This document shows, one piece after another, positions 25,216-38,581 of a stretch of DNA of 50,609 nucleotides. The position numbers and the translations under genes are program-made. Source of the stretch: Octopus bimaculoides (Eukaryota); the NCBI RefSeq assembly GCF_001194135.2, contig NC_068993.1, positions 22,538,286 to 22,588,894 of the forward strand, written 5' to 3'. Positions within the stretch are counted from its first letter, which is position 1; the number at the start of each line of letters is the position of its first letter. The notes under the pieces are model-generated. The model was given only the letters and a program-made list of their open reading frames with translations, had not been told where the DNA came from and searched no databases.

Positions 25216-28169
25216 AACTTCACTACCGGCACCAAATCCACATCACCATTACTACTATCGAACGTCTACCATAACCTCACTACCTTTACACGCCACCATA
25301 AACTCTCTATAATACCATCACCATCACCATCACCTTTATTACAACTAAACTATAATAAAATCTCATCATCATTATCAACATCACTATACAACAGCATAAA
25401 ACCTCTGCATCTCCTTCACTATGGCTGCATATTCTAGAAAACTTTCATATTATTATCAGGAAGACAATCACTACATACCACCATAAACCTTTATCCACTC
25501 CTCATAATCAAAACTCCACATCGAGCCATAGAGATACCTGTATGACAATTTGTTTCAACCATCTTCTTGCATATGGACCCCTTTGATTCTTATTTTACTT
25601 GGGTGAAGCTTCATAGCATTTTTATACTTTAAAATATCCTAATTTAAAAGCTGCACCAAAGAGAGTTAAATAGCATGACTATAATACGTTTATAATGACT
25701 ATATGTCCCGGTGGTGTTTAATCAGAAGTTAAGGACGGATGAGAATTAATTCTGTAATGCAATCATTCTAATGTTCCAGTCTCAAGCTGAATTCCAACTG
25801 TTGGCCAATTAGTTCCAATATTCTTATCTCGACGTAAAATTAACGAAGCGAATGCAATTTACTTTATCTCTGACATCATCCGAAAAACCCCAACTAAGAT
25901 GGCTTGAATCAGCCACGGTTTACCTGCTAGAAATAGCAACCAGGATGCTTTTAAACCAGATCACAATGCTGGATGTTCAAGAACCAAATGAAAGGCAGAT
26001 TTTCAATCTCAGGATCATCCTGATTCCATAAAGGTATATGTACGTCTTTGTAGAGCAAATGTAGACTGAGATACAGAGGTCCCAGACGGACAGACAAAAT
26101 TTTGTTTTTATTAATATAAGTTGTATAAAAAATGTATTAAAATATTTTATGTATTGTAGAAGTATAACCAATCTATTTCAATTAAATTTTAACAACAAAA
26201 TCTTATATATTTCTACAAAAGAGTCATATGGACACCCTATTGAGAACCACTGCTCTATATGTGATCAGTCAGCCCCCCTGAAGTGGTGGCCATATCTGTT
26301 TCAAATCCCATTCTTCCATCTTATCTAAAGAAGGATACATTGGAAAATATAGTTATTGATAAATAAAAAGACGGGATGCTTGCATCTGGAAAGCTTTCCA
26401 TCATAGGCTTGTGCGATTATATCAGACTTGGTATTCAACACATTGGAAGTAATGCTTGCACCATACCATAATTCCGTGTCTTAGAAACTAACAACACTAT
26501 TCCTGTATCAATGATATACCTATATAAATGTGTTAACAAAATTTCAGTAGATTAATTCATTGATTTCATGTTACATAGTATCACTTCAAGCTCTTGATAT
26601 ATTTATCTAAACAGCAGACGGAAATTTGGTTTGGTATTTGTTAAGGCTCAGGGAACAGTCATATTACAGCTGGTTTTCAACCAGAAATTGGTTTATATCG
26701 ATTCTCTTTAAATATCAAGTTACGTCCATTACCTCGTATCAACATTTAAAAAATTATGTCTAATTGATTTGTTAGTAAGGTTCAAATTAACAATTTACTA
26801 AATTACGAAAATTTGTGGTACATTATTCTCTATGCAACAGTCTAGACGTTACATTCTAATCTACAGTACACACCAGCCATTGAAATGAAACAAGTACAAA
26901 TAATTTTAAAAGTTTGTTTTCTGTAGTTTATCATCCATCAGTGATGTCATGTTTACTATTTAGCATACAGATAAAACCAAAGGGACTCGAGTACACAACT
27001 AACCACATTCACAAAAGAATGAAAATTTAGCACTGCAAGTCAACAAATCGAGTATTGAGTGAGAGATACACAAATTAATGAATTAACATTAACAAAATCT
27101 AACGCCTCATGATGCATCACATAAGCAAAACGAGCAGAGATGTTTGTCGCCCATTCTGGTTATAAACAGTCTTTGGCTCTGTGTAGAATAATAGTATAGC
27201 ACAGCTAAGCTATTCATTTCAAAATAAATGAGCAAAACAACTCTAGTTTAAATAATTTTCTCTCGAGAAAACATTAAAATGTTTTCTTTTAAAAGAAAAT
27301 AACCCCCAAAATATGATCTACTGCTTAAATGTGGCTTTGACGTGGCCATGATATGTAAAACGGATGCAGAGTACGGCATATGCGCTGGCAAATTCTCCCA
27401 AACTGAGTAGGTTCTAAGCCAAAAATATCCTTCACTTTTTAGTAGTGGTCATCTAAAGTGCAAAGATAAACGTGGAATCCATCGACAAAAAGTTTCTCAA
27501 TGTTTGTATAAGCACAAGAAGACAATACCAAAAAGGATTGACTAGAAAGATGTGATTGTTGCGGAATCGGTGGCAATCTTTTGCAGTTGTATCCCCTAAT
27601 CTTGCTTGTCTTATTCTAGAAGTACCACAGAAGATGGTCGGTGATCAATGTGTATCGATCACTCCCTGACAAAAAGGAATTCACAAAGTAAATCTTTGCC
27701 ATCAGCATATTTTCTGGCTGACTTTTTTATAAGCATCCAATGATGAAAGGATATGGATGACTGGAGCAATTTATGGTGAAAATGGGGTGTTCAAGTACCG
27801 ATGTGCAGTTGGTAGCAGATGTCATAATCACCTTTCAGAGATGTGTGATTATATTGAAATCCTGTCCTGCATTTTATCTATAATTCCTTTTTGTGATCAC
27901 TACTGCTACACCAAATTAAGAGGACCTTAGAAAATGTAGGTAAATCATCAGAAGATACTCCTGTACCTGAGCGTAAAACTGCAGGTCAACTTCAAAATAT
28001 ATCTTTCGCTTAGTAGAACGTTACATTCAAGACGCTGGTTTTGCCTCGAAAATAGATCAGGTGAAAAATCCCCACCAACGCCTACAGATGAGTGATTCAC
28101 GACATACTCCATTCTTAGGTAATAATTTCATCTCCACCTGTGTACCTGTTTTTAATGGAGTTGAAAATA

Positions 28170-29350
28170 TTAAGGAACAATTCTTCTTTCAAGACAGCAC
28201 TATTCTCTGCAAGGTACAAACAAAAGACAAGCTCATGATACTCGAGGAAATCGTTCCTAGAATCGAAAAGACAATCGATTAATGCTTCTGGGGCTGAGTT
28301 AAGAACATGGACTCATGATTACAATCAAGCTCCAGCTTCCAAAGCATTTCAGAACCAAGTCGATATCTATAGACGCCACGTTTTATTAGTGTAAAACGAA
28401 TAGCTGATCTATCCCTTGAATAAAACTCAACGTCCAGCAGAAACAAAAAATCAGATTTTAATAGGTCAAACGATTATGTCAAACTCACTCAGAAAGATCC
28501 AAAGCAGTTTGTGCCATGGAAAAGCTAAGAGCTTTAAAAAAATCAAAAATTCTATGCAAAAAAAAAAGAAAAAAAGAAAAAAAAGCAAACAAAACAAATG
28601 GCTGTACGAACCTATACACTTTTCTATAGAAAAACAACTGGCAATGTCAGCTGCCTCATTCCTTAACACACTCACCACTGCCAACATTCCAACACTACCT
28701 GTACATCACCACTCTCTATACCGATACCACCACAACTTTCACCACCGATACAGCATCACTACCACCACACAACAAGATGCCTCGACATCAACCTCACTAC
28801 TGTCACCAAGTGCTCCTACAAACAAATAAGCTATTCAGATTTCGATATCACTATTTCGAACTCTCTTTCCGAATGTGTAGAACAATTCCGATATCTTGGA
28901 AGTTCCCTCTCGATAAAATGCAGATCCAGGATGGAGTTGAAGAAAGAGTTTTGTGTTGGCTGTGTTGCATGTGGAAGACTTTCTCTTCAGAAATAAAAAC
29001 TTAAAGTAAGAAACCAATATCTTCGTGTGCTAGGCTATCGTTCTCTCAGTTTTCCTCGTTAGATGTAAGCCATGGAATCTTTACCATCGAGATACGATAA
29101 AACATGAGCTCTTTCACCAGCAGAAGCTCTGATCAGTTATGAATATGTTATGGTATGGTTAGGCGCAAAAATTGTAATCCCTGAGAAAGTTCAACTCAAC
29201 AATATTGACTATCATAATAAAATATCATTCCAGATGGACATACATCTGCAGACTTTCCACCCATTTTTCTAAATTGGACTGAACTCGGAAAAAGAACCGA
29301 TGGTTTCCTTCTGAAGCGTTACACGGTTCAACACAATACTCTGAATCAAT
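28170..29350 (+). pseudogene. Highly decayed RTE-type LINE reverse transcriptase relic, interrupted by the CAC-rich repeat
   Basis: ILCKV...LEEIVPRIEKTID*CFWG resembles the ..ILPESQCGFR motif; VEQFRYLGSSLS...CVACGRL resembles V..F.YLGS...AFGRL. Many stops. Confidence 0.5.
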
Positions 29351-30397
29351 TGCTCTGCATCCATAATAATTATTTTTATCAACTACTTATAAGAGAATAT
29401 GAAGAAAGCTAACCTGGAAAGAAGCAAATAGATGGCAAAATCTGGCGTCAAACGATCTCGACACATGCAAAACTTCTCGAATAAATATGCTACAGAAATA
29501 CCTAAAAGAATGAAAGGGATAAACAACAAAAACAAGAATATCCGTCAAGCGCAACAACATCCAACTTCGTCCAGTAAGGAAAACTTGGTTGATCTTCTTA
29601 GCCATCAAGAAAGAAGAAACCAAACACTAAGTAAACACAAGGGCCGACGAGTAAGAAAACATAGAAAATGAAAGTAGTGTATTTCGTAGATCTATCAGTA
29701 AATTCCCTGTGTACTGAGTTTTTAAACTAATTTTAATTTCTGGTTGATGCAATGTCTCTGCAGCTCTTTTTCGAATGTGAAATGAAGCAACATCTCATAA
29801 TCGCATTATCAGCTACATGATTTCTTGTAACTAAGCAAGAAGCAATGATTTAGTAAAGTAATTCTAACTGGGAATCGAAACTAGTTCGGTACTCGCCTCA
29901 TTGATCGTAATACAGAGATTTTTTTCAAAAGTAGCGGAATTCATGCGAATTGTAAAATTAGTAATCCGGAAGACCGTAAAAGTAATCCAAAAGTAATCTT
30001 AACACAAAAATAAAACGAAACACTGAATCCTCAGTCGGGATCATCGTTGTGTATAATAACTGCCCTACCCTCCCTTATAATTCTATATAAATTAGCTATA
30101 ATACTTGATACATGGTATCAAAAACTCTCATCAAAAGTAAATGTGAAGTAAGTGAAGTCAAATACTTCTAGCCGGGAGTTGAAAAAGACTTACAAAGTAA
30201 TCTCTCTTGAAACAAAGCTCTGCAGTTTACTTTTTACGAATAAAAGGACATTAAAAGTTGCTGTATTAGGAGATTTGGGGTTAAGTGGAAATATAAGGAG
30301 GAAACATTCAAGAAGTATTCTTTTCTTTCGTTGCTGCATCTAATTCACAAGAGTGGCTTGCAGGTCAGTGGACGTGCAAAAGAAGGTATTATTCTTT

Positions 30398-30608
30398 TCT
30401 GTTCTAGGCACAGAGCCCAAAATTTTTGGGGAGGGGACCAGTCGATTAGATCGACCCCAGTGCGCAACTGGTACTTAATTTATCGACCCCTAAAGGATGA
30501 AATGCAAAGTCGATCTCGGCGGAATTTGAACTCAGAACGTAAAGACAGACGAAATACCGCTGAGCATTTCGCCTGCTGTGCTAACGTTTCTGTCAGCTCA
30601 TCGACTTA
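30398..30608 (-). mobile_element. tRNA-derived SINE, near full length
   Basis: Minus strand has a B-box-like GAGTTCAAATTCC, then GTCGA(T/C)TTTGC(A/C)TTTCATCCTT..GGGGTCGATAAATTAAGTACCAG and 3' ...GTGCCTAGA. At least 6 homologues in the window. Confidence 0.85.
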
Positions 30609-30654
30609 AAAAGCTATTATTGTCATCTTCATTATTGTCATATTCCCATACTTC

Positions 30655-30810
30655 TCCTTCCTATGTGCCTTTTTTGTACTTCGTTCTCTTCCTTTTCTTC
30701 TCCTCTTTCTCATTGTCAGCATCATCATCATCACCACGACCATGACCTTCCTCATCCACAACATAACATGATTATAATCTCCATCATCCCATCGCCGACA
30801 TACCAAGATG
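30655..30810. repeat. Low-complexity (CAT/CTT)-rich tract; similar tract at 31100-31330
   Basis: Seen directly. Confidence 0.75.
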
Positions 30811-31466
30811 ACAACAACCTTCTCATCATCCTCAAGGGCGTGGCATTTAATCTTTCTCGGAATCCCCCCTTCCCCGATAAGGCCTTCACCTACTTTAATA
30901 GCAACCAAAGAGTGAACGTCTGAAATTATTGAGGAATCCTAAATTTAAAAAGAGACGGGATGGAGACGCCTAGAATACATTTGATCAAGTCCTTTCGAGC
31001 AGAGCTGACCTGTGCTAAACTACAACATGAACAACATGAATAGTACTGCCACTGTAACTACAATTACCACCATCCTGAACAAGATCAACACCATTCTCGC
31101 CCCATCATCACTCCAATAGTAATATCATCATACCCATTATATTAGTTATTATTATGTTGACGACGACGACGATAACGACCACGGCCTCCCCTACCATCAT
31201 CATCATCATCATCCTCATCACCACTACCATGGCCAGCGCTGCCGCAACGATCCCACTCCGTCTACCACAACCACTGCTGTCGTAGTCGTCAGTTATAATC
31301 GCTTTCCTCCTCGTCATATTCGTTATTATTGACAGTTGAATAATCAAATAAATTCTGACAGAAATTATAATTAAATGTAAAAATATGAACAAAAATGAAT
31401 AAATACATTAAATAATTGAAGAGAGAAAAAAAATAAAGAAAACGGCAGTAAAACTCATTAACTCAC

Positions 31467-31720
31467 CCACATCTTTGCGAATGTTTCGATTTTCGTATTC
31501 TTAAAGAAAGCCATGACACCACTGTTTTTGACAGTGCCGTATTTGATTTTGGTTTGTTTTGGAAGATCAGAAATTGTTTTGATGGGAGTATTGATCTTCT
31601 TTACTGTAAGGAAGGCAGCTAGATTAGCAGTGTACGAAGAGATGAGGATGAGAGCAAAAAACCACCAAGCGCTGGTAAGGATACGTCCGGGCACTGTGTT
31701 TGGGGAAGCATCTGTGTTTC
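31467..31720 (-). CDS. iGluR exon: pore-loop end, M3 and start of S2 (G|[39 protein letters not shown]...[15 protein letters not shown]...FAKMW)
   Basis: SYTANLAAF gate motif; acceptor ctctaccag|GA and donor TGG|GTGAGT; 254 nt, phase 1 to 0. Confidence 0.97.
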
Positions 31721-32242
31721 CTGGTAGAGTAGAAGGTGAAAACAATTATGGAAAGGATTTTGTGTAAAAAAAAAAAAAATATATATAAATGTATTATAAC
31801 TTTGGACAAACTAAACTGTTTCTTGCAGATATAATAAACTTTCTAAACATGTCTACCTAGCTGGATTTATAGAGAAGTCAGTAATTCAGTATAAAGAAGA
31901 AAAAAATGTAGTGCTCCAAACAAAAAGCGGACTGTTTATGCAACAAAATCAAAAGGAATTTGCACATGTAGGTCTAGTGGTTAGAATTTCGCGCTTTCAN
32001 NNNNNNNNNNNNNNNNNNNNNNNNNNNNNNNNNNNNNNNNNNNNNNNNNNNNNNNNNNNNNNNNNNNNNNNNNNNNNNNNNNNNNNNNNNNNNNNNNNNN
32101 NNNNNNNNNNNNNNNNNNNNNNNNNNNNNNNNNNNNNNNNNNNNNNNNNNNNNNNNNNNNNNNNNNNNNNNNNNNNNNNNNNNNNNNNNNNNNNNNNNNN
32201 NNNNNNNNNNNNNNNNNNNNNNNNNNNNNNNNNNNNNNNNNN

Positions 32243-32290
<48 letters not shown>

Positions 32291-32391
32291 CGTGTGTGTG
32301 TGTGTGCGTGTGTATGTGTGTGTGTGTGTGCGTGAGTATGTGTGTGTGTGAGTGCGTGTGTATAAATGTGTGTGTATGTCTGTATTTGTCC

Positions 32392-32530
32392 TCCCCCACC
32401 ATCGCTTGACAACCGATGCTGGTGTGCTTATGTCCCCGTAACTTAGCTGTTCAGCAAAAGAGACCGACAGAATAAGTACTAGGCTTACAAAGAATACATC
32501 TTTCGACTAAAACCCTTAAAGGCGGTACTT
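32392..32530 (+). mobile_element. 3' part of a second SINE family
   Basis: ccccaccatcgcttgacaaccgatgctggtgtg...gaataagtactaggcttacaaagaata; recognised as a common octopod repeat tail from memory only. Confidence 0.5.
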
Positions 32531-33395
32531 AAAAAAATAAAGAATAGCAGAATGTAGTGTAAATGATTGTTGAAGTGCAAAATAGACTAAGCGTGATTAT
32601 AAAGTTATTTGTACGGAACTACACTCAAGCGGCCAGCGCTATTTGAGTATAGTTCAATGAAATTGTACATCAGACACGATAAATTAATGGAATGACTCAA
32701 GCTGGAACTCTAATATTATCTGTTGATTTTAACGAAGCTATTGAGTTTTATTTTAATTTAGTAGTAGAATTATCGTGTACACAATATTTCCTTCCTCTTT
32801 ACTACTTAATCAAACGCATTGGCATACACATACATTTGAAGTTAGTGTTTTCAAAATTAAATAAAAAAAAGACACAGCTAGCATTAATAGACGTATAGTA
32901 TACATTAGAGATTTTTGAATGAGTTAAAAACTGAGCGGAATGTTTATAGACGGAAGAGGGGGTTGTAAATAAAAATAAAAATAAAAAATGACAATTCTTA
33001 AAAAATAGCCAAGGTAACTGAAAATTGTTTTACAAGTGTCAAAAATGAATAAATGAAGAATACACACACACACACATACACACACACTCACACACACACA
33101 GTGTATATCATGCGTGAACAGTTAGATGTACGATTGCTACTTTTGATTTTAGAGCTCTTCATATATTTTCATCATCCAGTCTGCTTCCAGTATAGTACTT
33201 ATGTTACAGCTAAGTAGTACAATTGGTTATGATGTACAGAGCAAGTTTATCGTTTCTCTTTTCCTCTCCCCCTCTCCCCATATATATATATACAGAGAGA
33301 GAGAGAGAGAGAGAGGGTGGAGAGNNNNNNNNNNNNNNNNNNNNNNNNNNNNNNNNNNNNNNNNNNNNNNNNNNNNNNNNNNNNNNNNNNNNNNN

Positions 33396-33463
<68 letters not shown>

Positions 33464-33540
33464 TGATAGATTGACAAACAGCCTTACGCGTTACACAGAT
33501 TCAGAGATGCTTATATTTATATATACAGAGATATTCTTGC

Positions 33541-33844
33541 CTTGTAGTAAAGATCCAAAGATGAACCAGAAGCTCTCCCTGAACGAAATCGAAGGATAAT
33601 CCTTTTTCTTACGCATGCCCAGTTTCTCCAGGAAGTACAGTATTACACTGACGACAATAAATGCCCCGAATGTGCATATCCAAACAGGTGGCGAGAGGGG
33701 GTTGAGGAACTCAAAATATGATGTTTCTAGTTTAGTTTTCTTCATGATTACACTAATGTAGCGAGTCATAAAAGGTTTAGTGAAATCCACTGCCTCCTCG
33801 CGCTGTGAATTAATGCTGAGGGGCGATACTGTCATAGTGGCGTT
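33541..33844 (-). CDS. iGluR exon: end of S1, M1 and M2 (NATMTVSPLSINSQREEAVDFTKPFM...FLNPLSPPVW...SFRESFWFIFGSLLQ|G)
   Basis: Acceptor ttttag|AAC; 304 nt. The frame of the next exon requires a phase 1 end at CAA G|GCAAG, a GC donor. Confidence 0.93.
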
Positions 33845-34189
33845 CTAAAATAAAGAGAAGACATTAATCATTTAGTGAAGTGAGAAAAAGATGAGGCAGA
33901 ACGTGAGATATTTACATAGATAAACGAAGTGAGGGTTAAACAAGAAATATTAGCTAGAAAAATTTGATAGCCATCAAAATAACAAATTAAATGGAATAAA
34001 AAGATGTAAAATAAATATTAGGGTTACCGAAAAGTAATCTCATATTTCATGTCATGAACTCAAATGAGCATAAAACATATCGTTCATATATTTATTCATT
34101 CAAAATATAAGGGCCTCGTAAGCAGCAAAATACGGCCCACAAATCAGGTTCTTTAAAGTGAAAAGTTTTTGGTGTGCCTTTTCCACATC

Positions 34190-34620
34190 CATTATTCTTC
34201 TACATGTCTTTCCTCTTGTAGAATGCTGAAGTGACCAGAATGGTGCTAGGTGTTAACAGTAGGGAGTTGGAGGTAGAGCTTCCCAGCCTAATGAATATAT
34301 TTTTGCACGGATTATTTTCGCTGAATGTGGGCTTGTATTATCATGTTACAGAACGATTACATTTCTGTTAACTGGAGTTCACGAAGTATGCACTTCACTT
34401 TTCTGTACACTTACTCAATCTGTTGATGAACTTGTAAAGTGAACCCGGCTTTATTAAGCTCTCAGAATAAGTACCAGACATTTTGACACAGTTTTTACTG
34501 TGTCACTATAGAGCATAGTTCATCTTTCTGGTCGAAACCCAACTAAATGATCGAAATAACCGATTTCGCATCTGCTGAAGCATCGTTGGCATTTTCAAAC
34601 ACTCGCACCATCAAGATATA
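34190..34620 (-). mobile_element. Mariner (Tc1/mariner) transposase relic
   Basis: Minus strand RNVIVL*HDNTSPHSAKIIRAKIYSLGWEALPPTPYC*HLAP matches the mariner HDNARPH...LGWEVLPHPPYSPDLAP block. Confidence 0.8.
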
Positions 34621-35171
34621 CATTACATATTTTTCTCTTGTACTTGTGGAATTTTTGCACAAAGGAAATTAGTAAAGCATGCCATACCCAATATGCAGCT
34701 TACTTAAGTTATTGTCTCCCAACAGGAAAACTGTAATTGTTATAAAATATGACGGAGGGTAATAGAACTCCTGCAAGGTAAAGTGCCCTGATGCTCAGTC
34801 AATGCACATAATTGTGTACATACATACTGACAGTCAGCGTAAACGGCCAAATGTGGTGGTCGTGATACCCGTAAACCGTCGACGGTTTCAGCTTTTACTC
34901 CGAAGCCTCTTCAGTAGGGTCGGCAAAACTCGTCCGATTCCGGATAAGATCGCTTCCTGTATATATGTCTACACCATAGAAATCTATGGATAATTTATGG
35001 AATCGCTAAAGTGTATACAAATAATTAAATTAGGCAGCGGTTTAGCAATGTATGAGAGCACTTTAGCTCTTATTTCTAGCATTTTAGGTGTTCTAACACA
35101 ATGTCATATTTAATGGCAATTATAGTTTCCCTCTGTGTGTGTGTGTGTGTAATATTTTGGACTAATAGGTA

Positions 35172-35247
35172 TACATATATACATACATACATACATACAT
35201 ACATGCATACATACATACATACATACATACATGCATACATACATGCA
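35172..35247. repeat. (TACA)n microsatellite
   Basis: Seen directly. Confidence 0.95.
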
Positions 35248-37989
35248 TCGTGTGTCCACATTAATATTTAATCATTAAATCCATGCTCGTTGGTTGACTT
35301 CAAAGACACCTTTGATTGGCTTGTTATACCAAAACTATCGTTGGTATAGTGTCAAAAATGTTTTCTTGAAAAACGAATATTCTTTTCGGTACCTCTGATA
35401 GAATAGAATTTACAATACAAAATGTGCAAGAATACTGCATAGAGTACATAATCTATACAATTAAACGATTTAAATGAACGATTGATGTACTTAATTTTAC
35501 TCTCTATTTTAAAGTCTTTCTGTGTTTGAATCAACGTATATCCTGTATTCAACTGACCCATCTCCAGACAATAAATCTATAGCAAATGTGGTCTCTAGCC
35601 TCAAGCATTTACGATGGAGTGGTATTTGATATTGAGTGGTATTGGATTGGAAATAGGCCCGTGTCGTCAGCACTTTTCTAAAGGATCACAACCACGAGAG
35701 GACCAGTAACGAGTCAACGAGGGAATTTCTACGGAATCCATCGCCATGCTAGAAATAATAGCAGTTAAATATTCCTCAACTTCCTCCATTGCGTCTTATA
35801 TGACAAGACATTTAAAAAATATAGTGATTATACTTAAAAGACTGGATGGTCATTATCTGAATTCTATTCATCACAAGTCTCCCCAACTAGGGTTGACTTC
35901 TAGCTAAACAATAATACAGACTAACGGGATACTCATCAAATATTCAAAGTTGTTTCTGCTAATGATAATTATAACGGTTAATCATTTGGCCCTTTAGCTC
36001 CTACTTACAAATAGGTGGATTGAACTATTGAGAATAAGTGTAATGCCAGTATCAATATACAAACCGCTATCCTCTTGCTTGGTTGCACAGTATCCTATTC
36101 ATTCGATTTATGAAACTCTCACTAAATCGATAGGATTGTCTATTTCACTTTATCGTATTCAGATATTTCTTCTCAAAGCACATCAGTATACATCACACTT
36201 CGACTTTCATCAGTAATCTGTCTACTTAACAGTTTACAGATAAAAAATTATCTATTTGACAGTTTGCTAAGACAGCCTTTTAATCAAAATTATTTAACAA
36301 TCAATGTTCAGTCAGTAAATTATGTCCTAGCTTCCTCTCTAGCTAGGCTTCTGCACCTATAAACGAGCCAGATATTTCAAACTAACTCGATGCACCATCA
36401 TTATTTCTGTCAATTACTCTGATATGTCGCACTCTGGGCTCTGTTTTAAATACTTTATCTTGTCTTACTTTCTCTGAATTACAACCCATTGAAAACCTGG
36501 AAACGTTCAAGAAGATATACTAATCTTATATTCTAGCATTAAAACTTTTTTCTAATAACAAATAAGATGTAAATCCAGTCTATAAATAGATTAGTCAATT
36601 AAACTATAATCATATAACTAGGGAATTCCACGGTTATCTTGAAAGTTATAAAATTAGCAGAAGTTTATGCAGAACTATCATAATTTCTCATGAAAGTTAT
36701 CAATTGTTGAAGCAATTGATGCTTTAGATAATGTAAATAACATGTAGACTGTATTGAAAGGTCAGTCTTTACACTTGTCGCTTCTTCCAACTCGTGAAGT
36801 GAACGTGCTCGAGGAAATGTTACGCACGATTTTCTTGAGAAACACCTGATCCACTCTTGTTTCTTTTTTATTAAGATTTTGTTATGAAAATTATTAAAAA
36901 TGTTTTCTAAGAATAATGTATATAAGGAAAAGTTTAAGTAATCTTAACTCTAAAAGGAAATTGAAGACATGATCTATTTATATCATTATTCTATTAGACT
37001 ACACAAAAAACGCTTTAACAAATCATAACACGATAAACTACGATACATGGGGAAAGTGGAGCTGGCTGAACTTAAACCTACACTAGTAATGAATGAAGTA
37101 TAATAGTTTGCTCTCCGTGTTATGATTCCCATCAAAATATATCAGTTACATATATTAAATTTAATTTTAAATATTGATTTTCCAGTCAATAAATCTATAA
37201 GTCACTTCTTTGATTCCATTTCATTGTTTAACAGCCAATTGTTTACAGAGACAATAAATGTTGTGTGTGTAACTGTTTAAGCATTCCATTTCATCCCACG
37301 GTTAAAGCATTACATACGTAGACAGTAACAGAATAGTGTAATACATTTCATATGAAAGCAGTATTTTATCTGCACTAGAAGGTGGGAATTGTTATGATAA
37401 GCTCCTCAATCGCATTGCGTCATGTGATAGAATAAATTAAGGTCGCACGTGAAAGTGTTCACTCGGAACAAAGCTACATGGAATAGGAAGAAATATTGTT
37501 TATCATTAGATAAACAATATATCATAGATACTTGTGGTCGTAAAACAGACTTTATCTTTTGACTTCCATGATATCATCAGTATTTTGACACATATGTGAA
37601 AGAGATATGTTTTACTTGATAAAATGTTTATCATAGAGGTGAGCACAATGCAAGCGACATCCGCAAGTTTCAATATCTGATAACCGTTTTACGTCTCTCA
37701 TGTGCTGTTTACCTAAGCATAGCTATCATGGGTTTTCTTTGTTGCTATCGTCAGGAGATAAAACTTACATACTTTATCAGAAATAGGAAACGATACGATT
37801 TCTTTTGTTGACAAGCGCAGAAGATTCCGACGATCCAGGTTCACCTCTCTGACGAATCTGTTTATTTCATTTATGTCACTAATGCCTTTCTACAAAAGTC
37901 CCTCTCAATCGAATATGAACACCGCAGTAAAGGAACTGTTTGTTAAAATTTTCAAGATCACCACAACAAGGTAAATAACTCTAAGCACT

Positions 37990-38147
37990 CTTTCTACTAT
38001 AAGCACAACGCCTGAAAATTTTTTGAGAAAGGACCTAGTCTATTACATCCACCCAAGGATGAAAGTCAACGTCGATCTCAGCGGAGATTGATTTCAGAAC
38101 TAAACATTTCGTCCGATCCGCTAACTATTCTGCCAGCTTGCTGCATT
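37990..38147 (-). mobile_element. Internally deleted, diverged SINE copy
   Basis: Homologous by eye to 30398-30608. Confidence 0.7.
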
Positions 38148-38175
38148 AACAATAATTATAATAGCAAAATATTCT

Positions 38176-38367
38176 GTTCTACTCTAGGCACAAGGCCCGA
38201 AATTTTGGGGGGAGGGGGCTTGTCGATTAGATCGACCCTAGTACGCAACTGGTACTTAAATTATCGACCCCGATGGATGAAATGTAAAGTCGACCTCGTC
38301 GGAATTTGAACTCAGAACATAAAGACAGACGAAATACCGCTAACGTTCCTGTCAGCTCGCCGCCTTA
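38176..38367 (-). mobile_element. tRNA-derived SINE next to an (AAT)n tract (38378-38447)
   Basis: Close match to 30398-30608; the minus-strand 5' end reads AGGCGGCGAGCTGACAG. Confidence 0.85.
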
Positions 38368-38374
38368 TATCACA

Positions 38375-38448
<74 letters not shown>

Positions 38449-38581
38449 TTAATTATTTATGTCTTACTTTAGCAACAAGAACATTAACAGTAACAAATAC
38501 AAAGATATTCATAAAGGAAATAAAAATGCCGCAAAAATAAATGAAGCCAATATATAAAAAGCAAGATTATATCATAATTAC

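Noticed and set aside
26238-26256. hAT-like terminal sequence CAGTGGTTCTCAA on the minus strand (similar end near 20770)
   Set aside because: No partner terminal repeat or matching 8-bp target-site duplication found.
27560-27720. Minus-strand FLSGSDRYTLITDH, resembling Gypsy RNase H
   Set aside because: Too short and not supported by neighbouring motifs; adjacent sequence fits a plus-strand RTE relic better.
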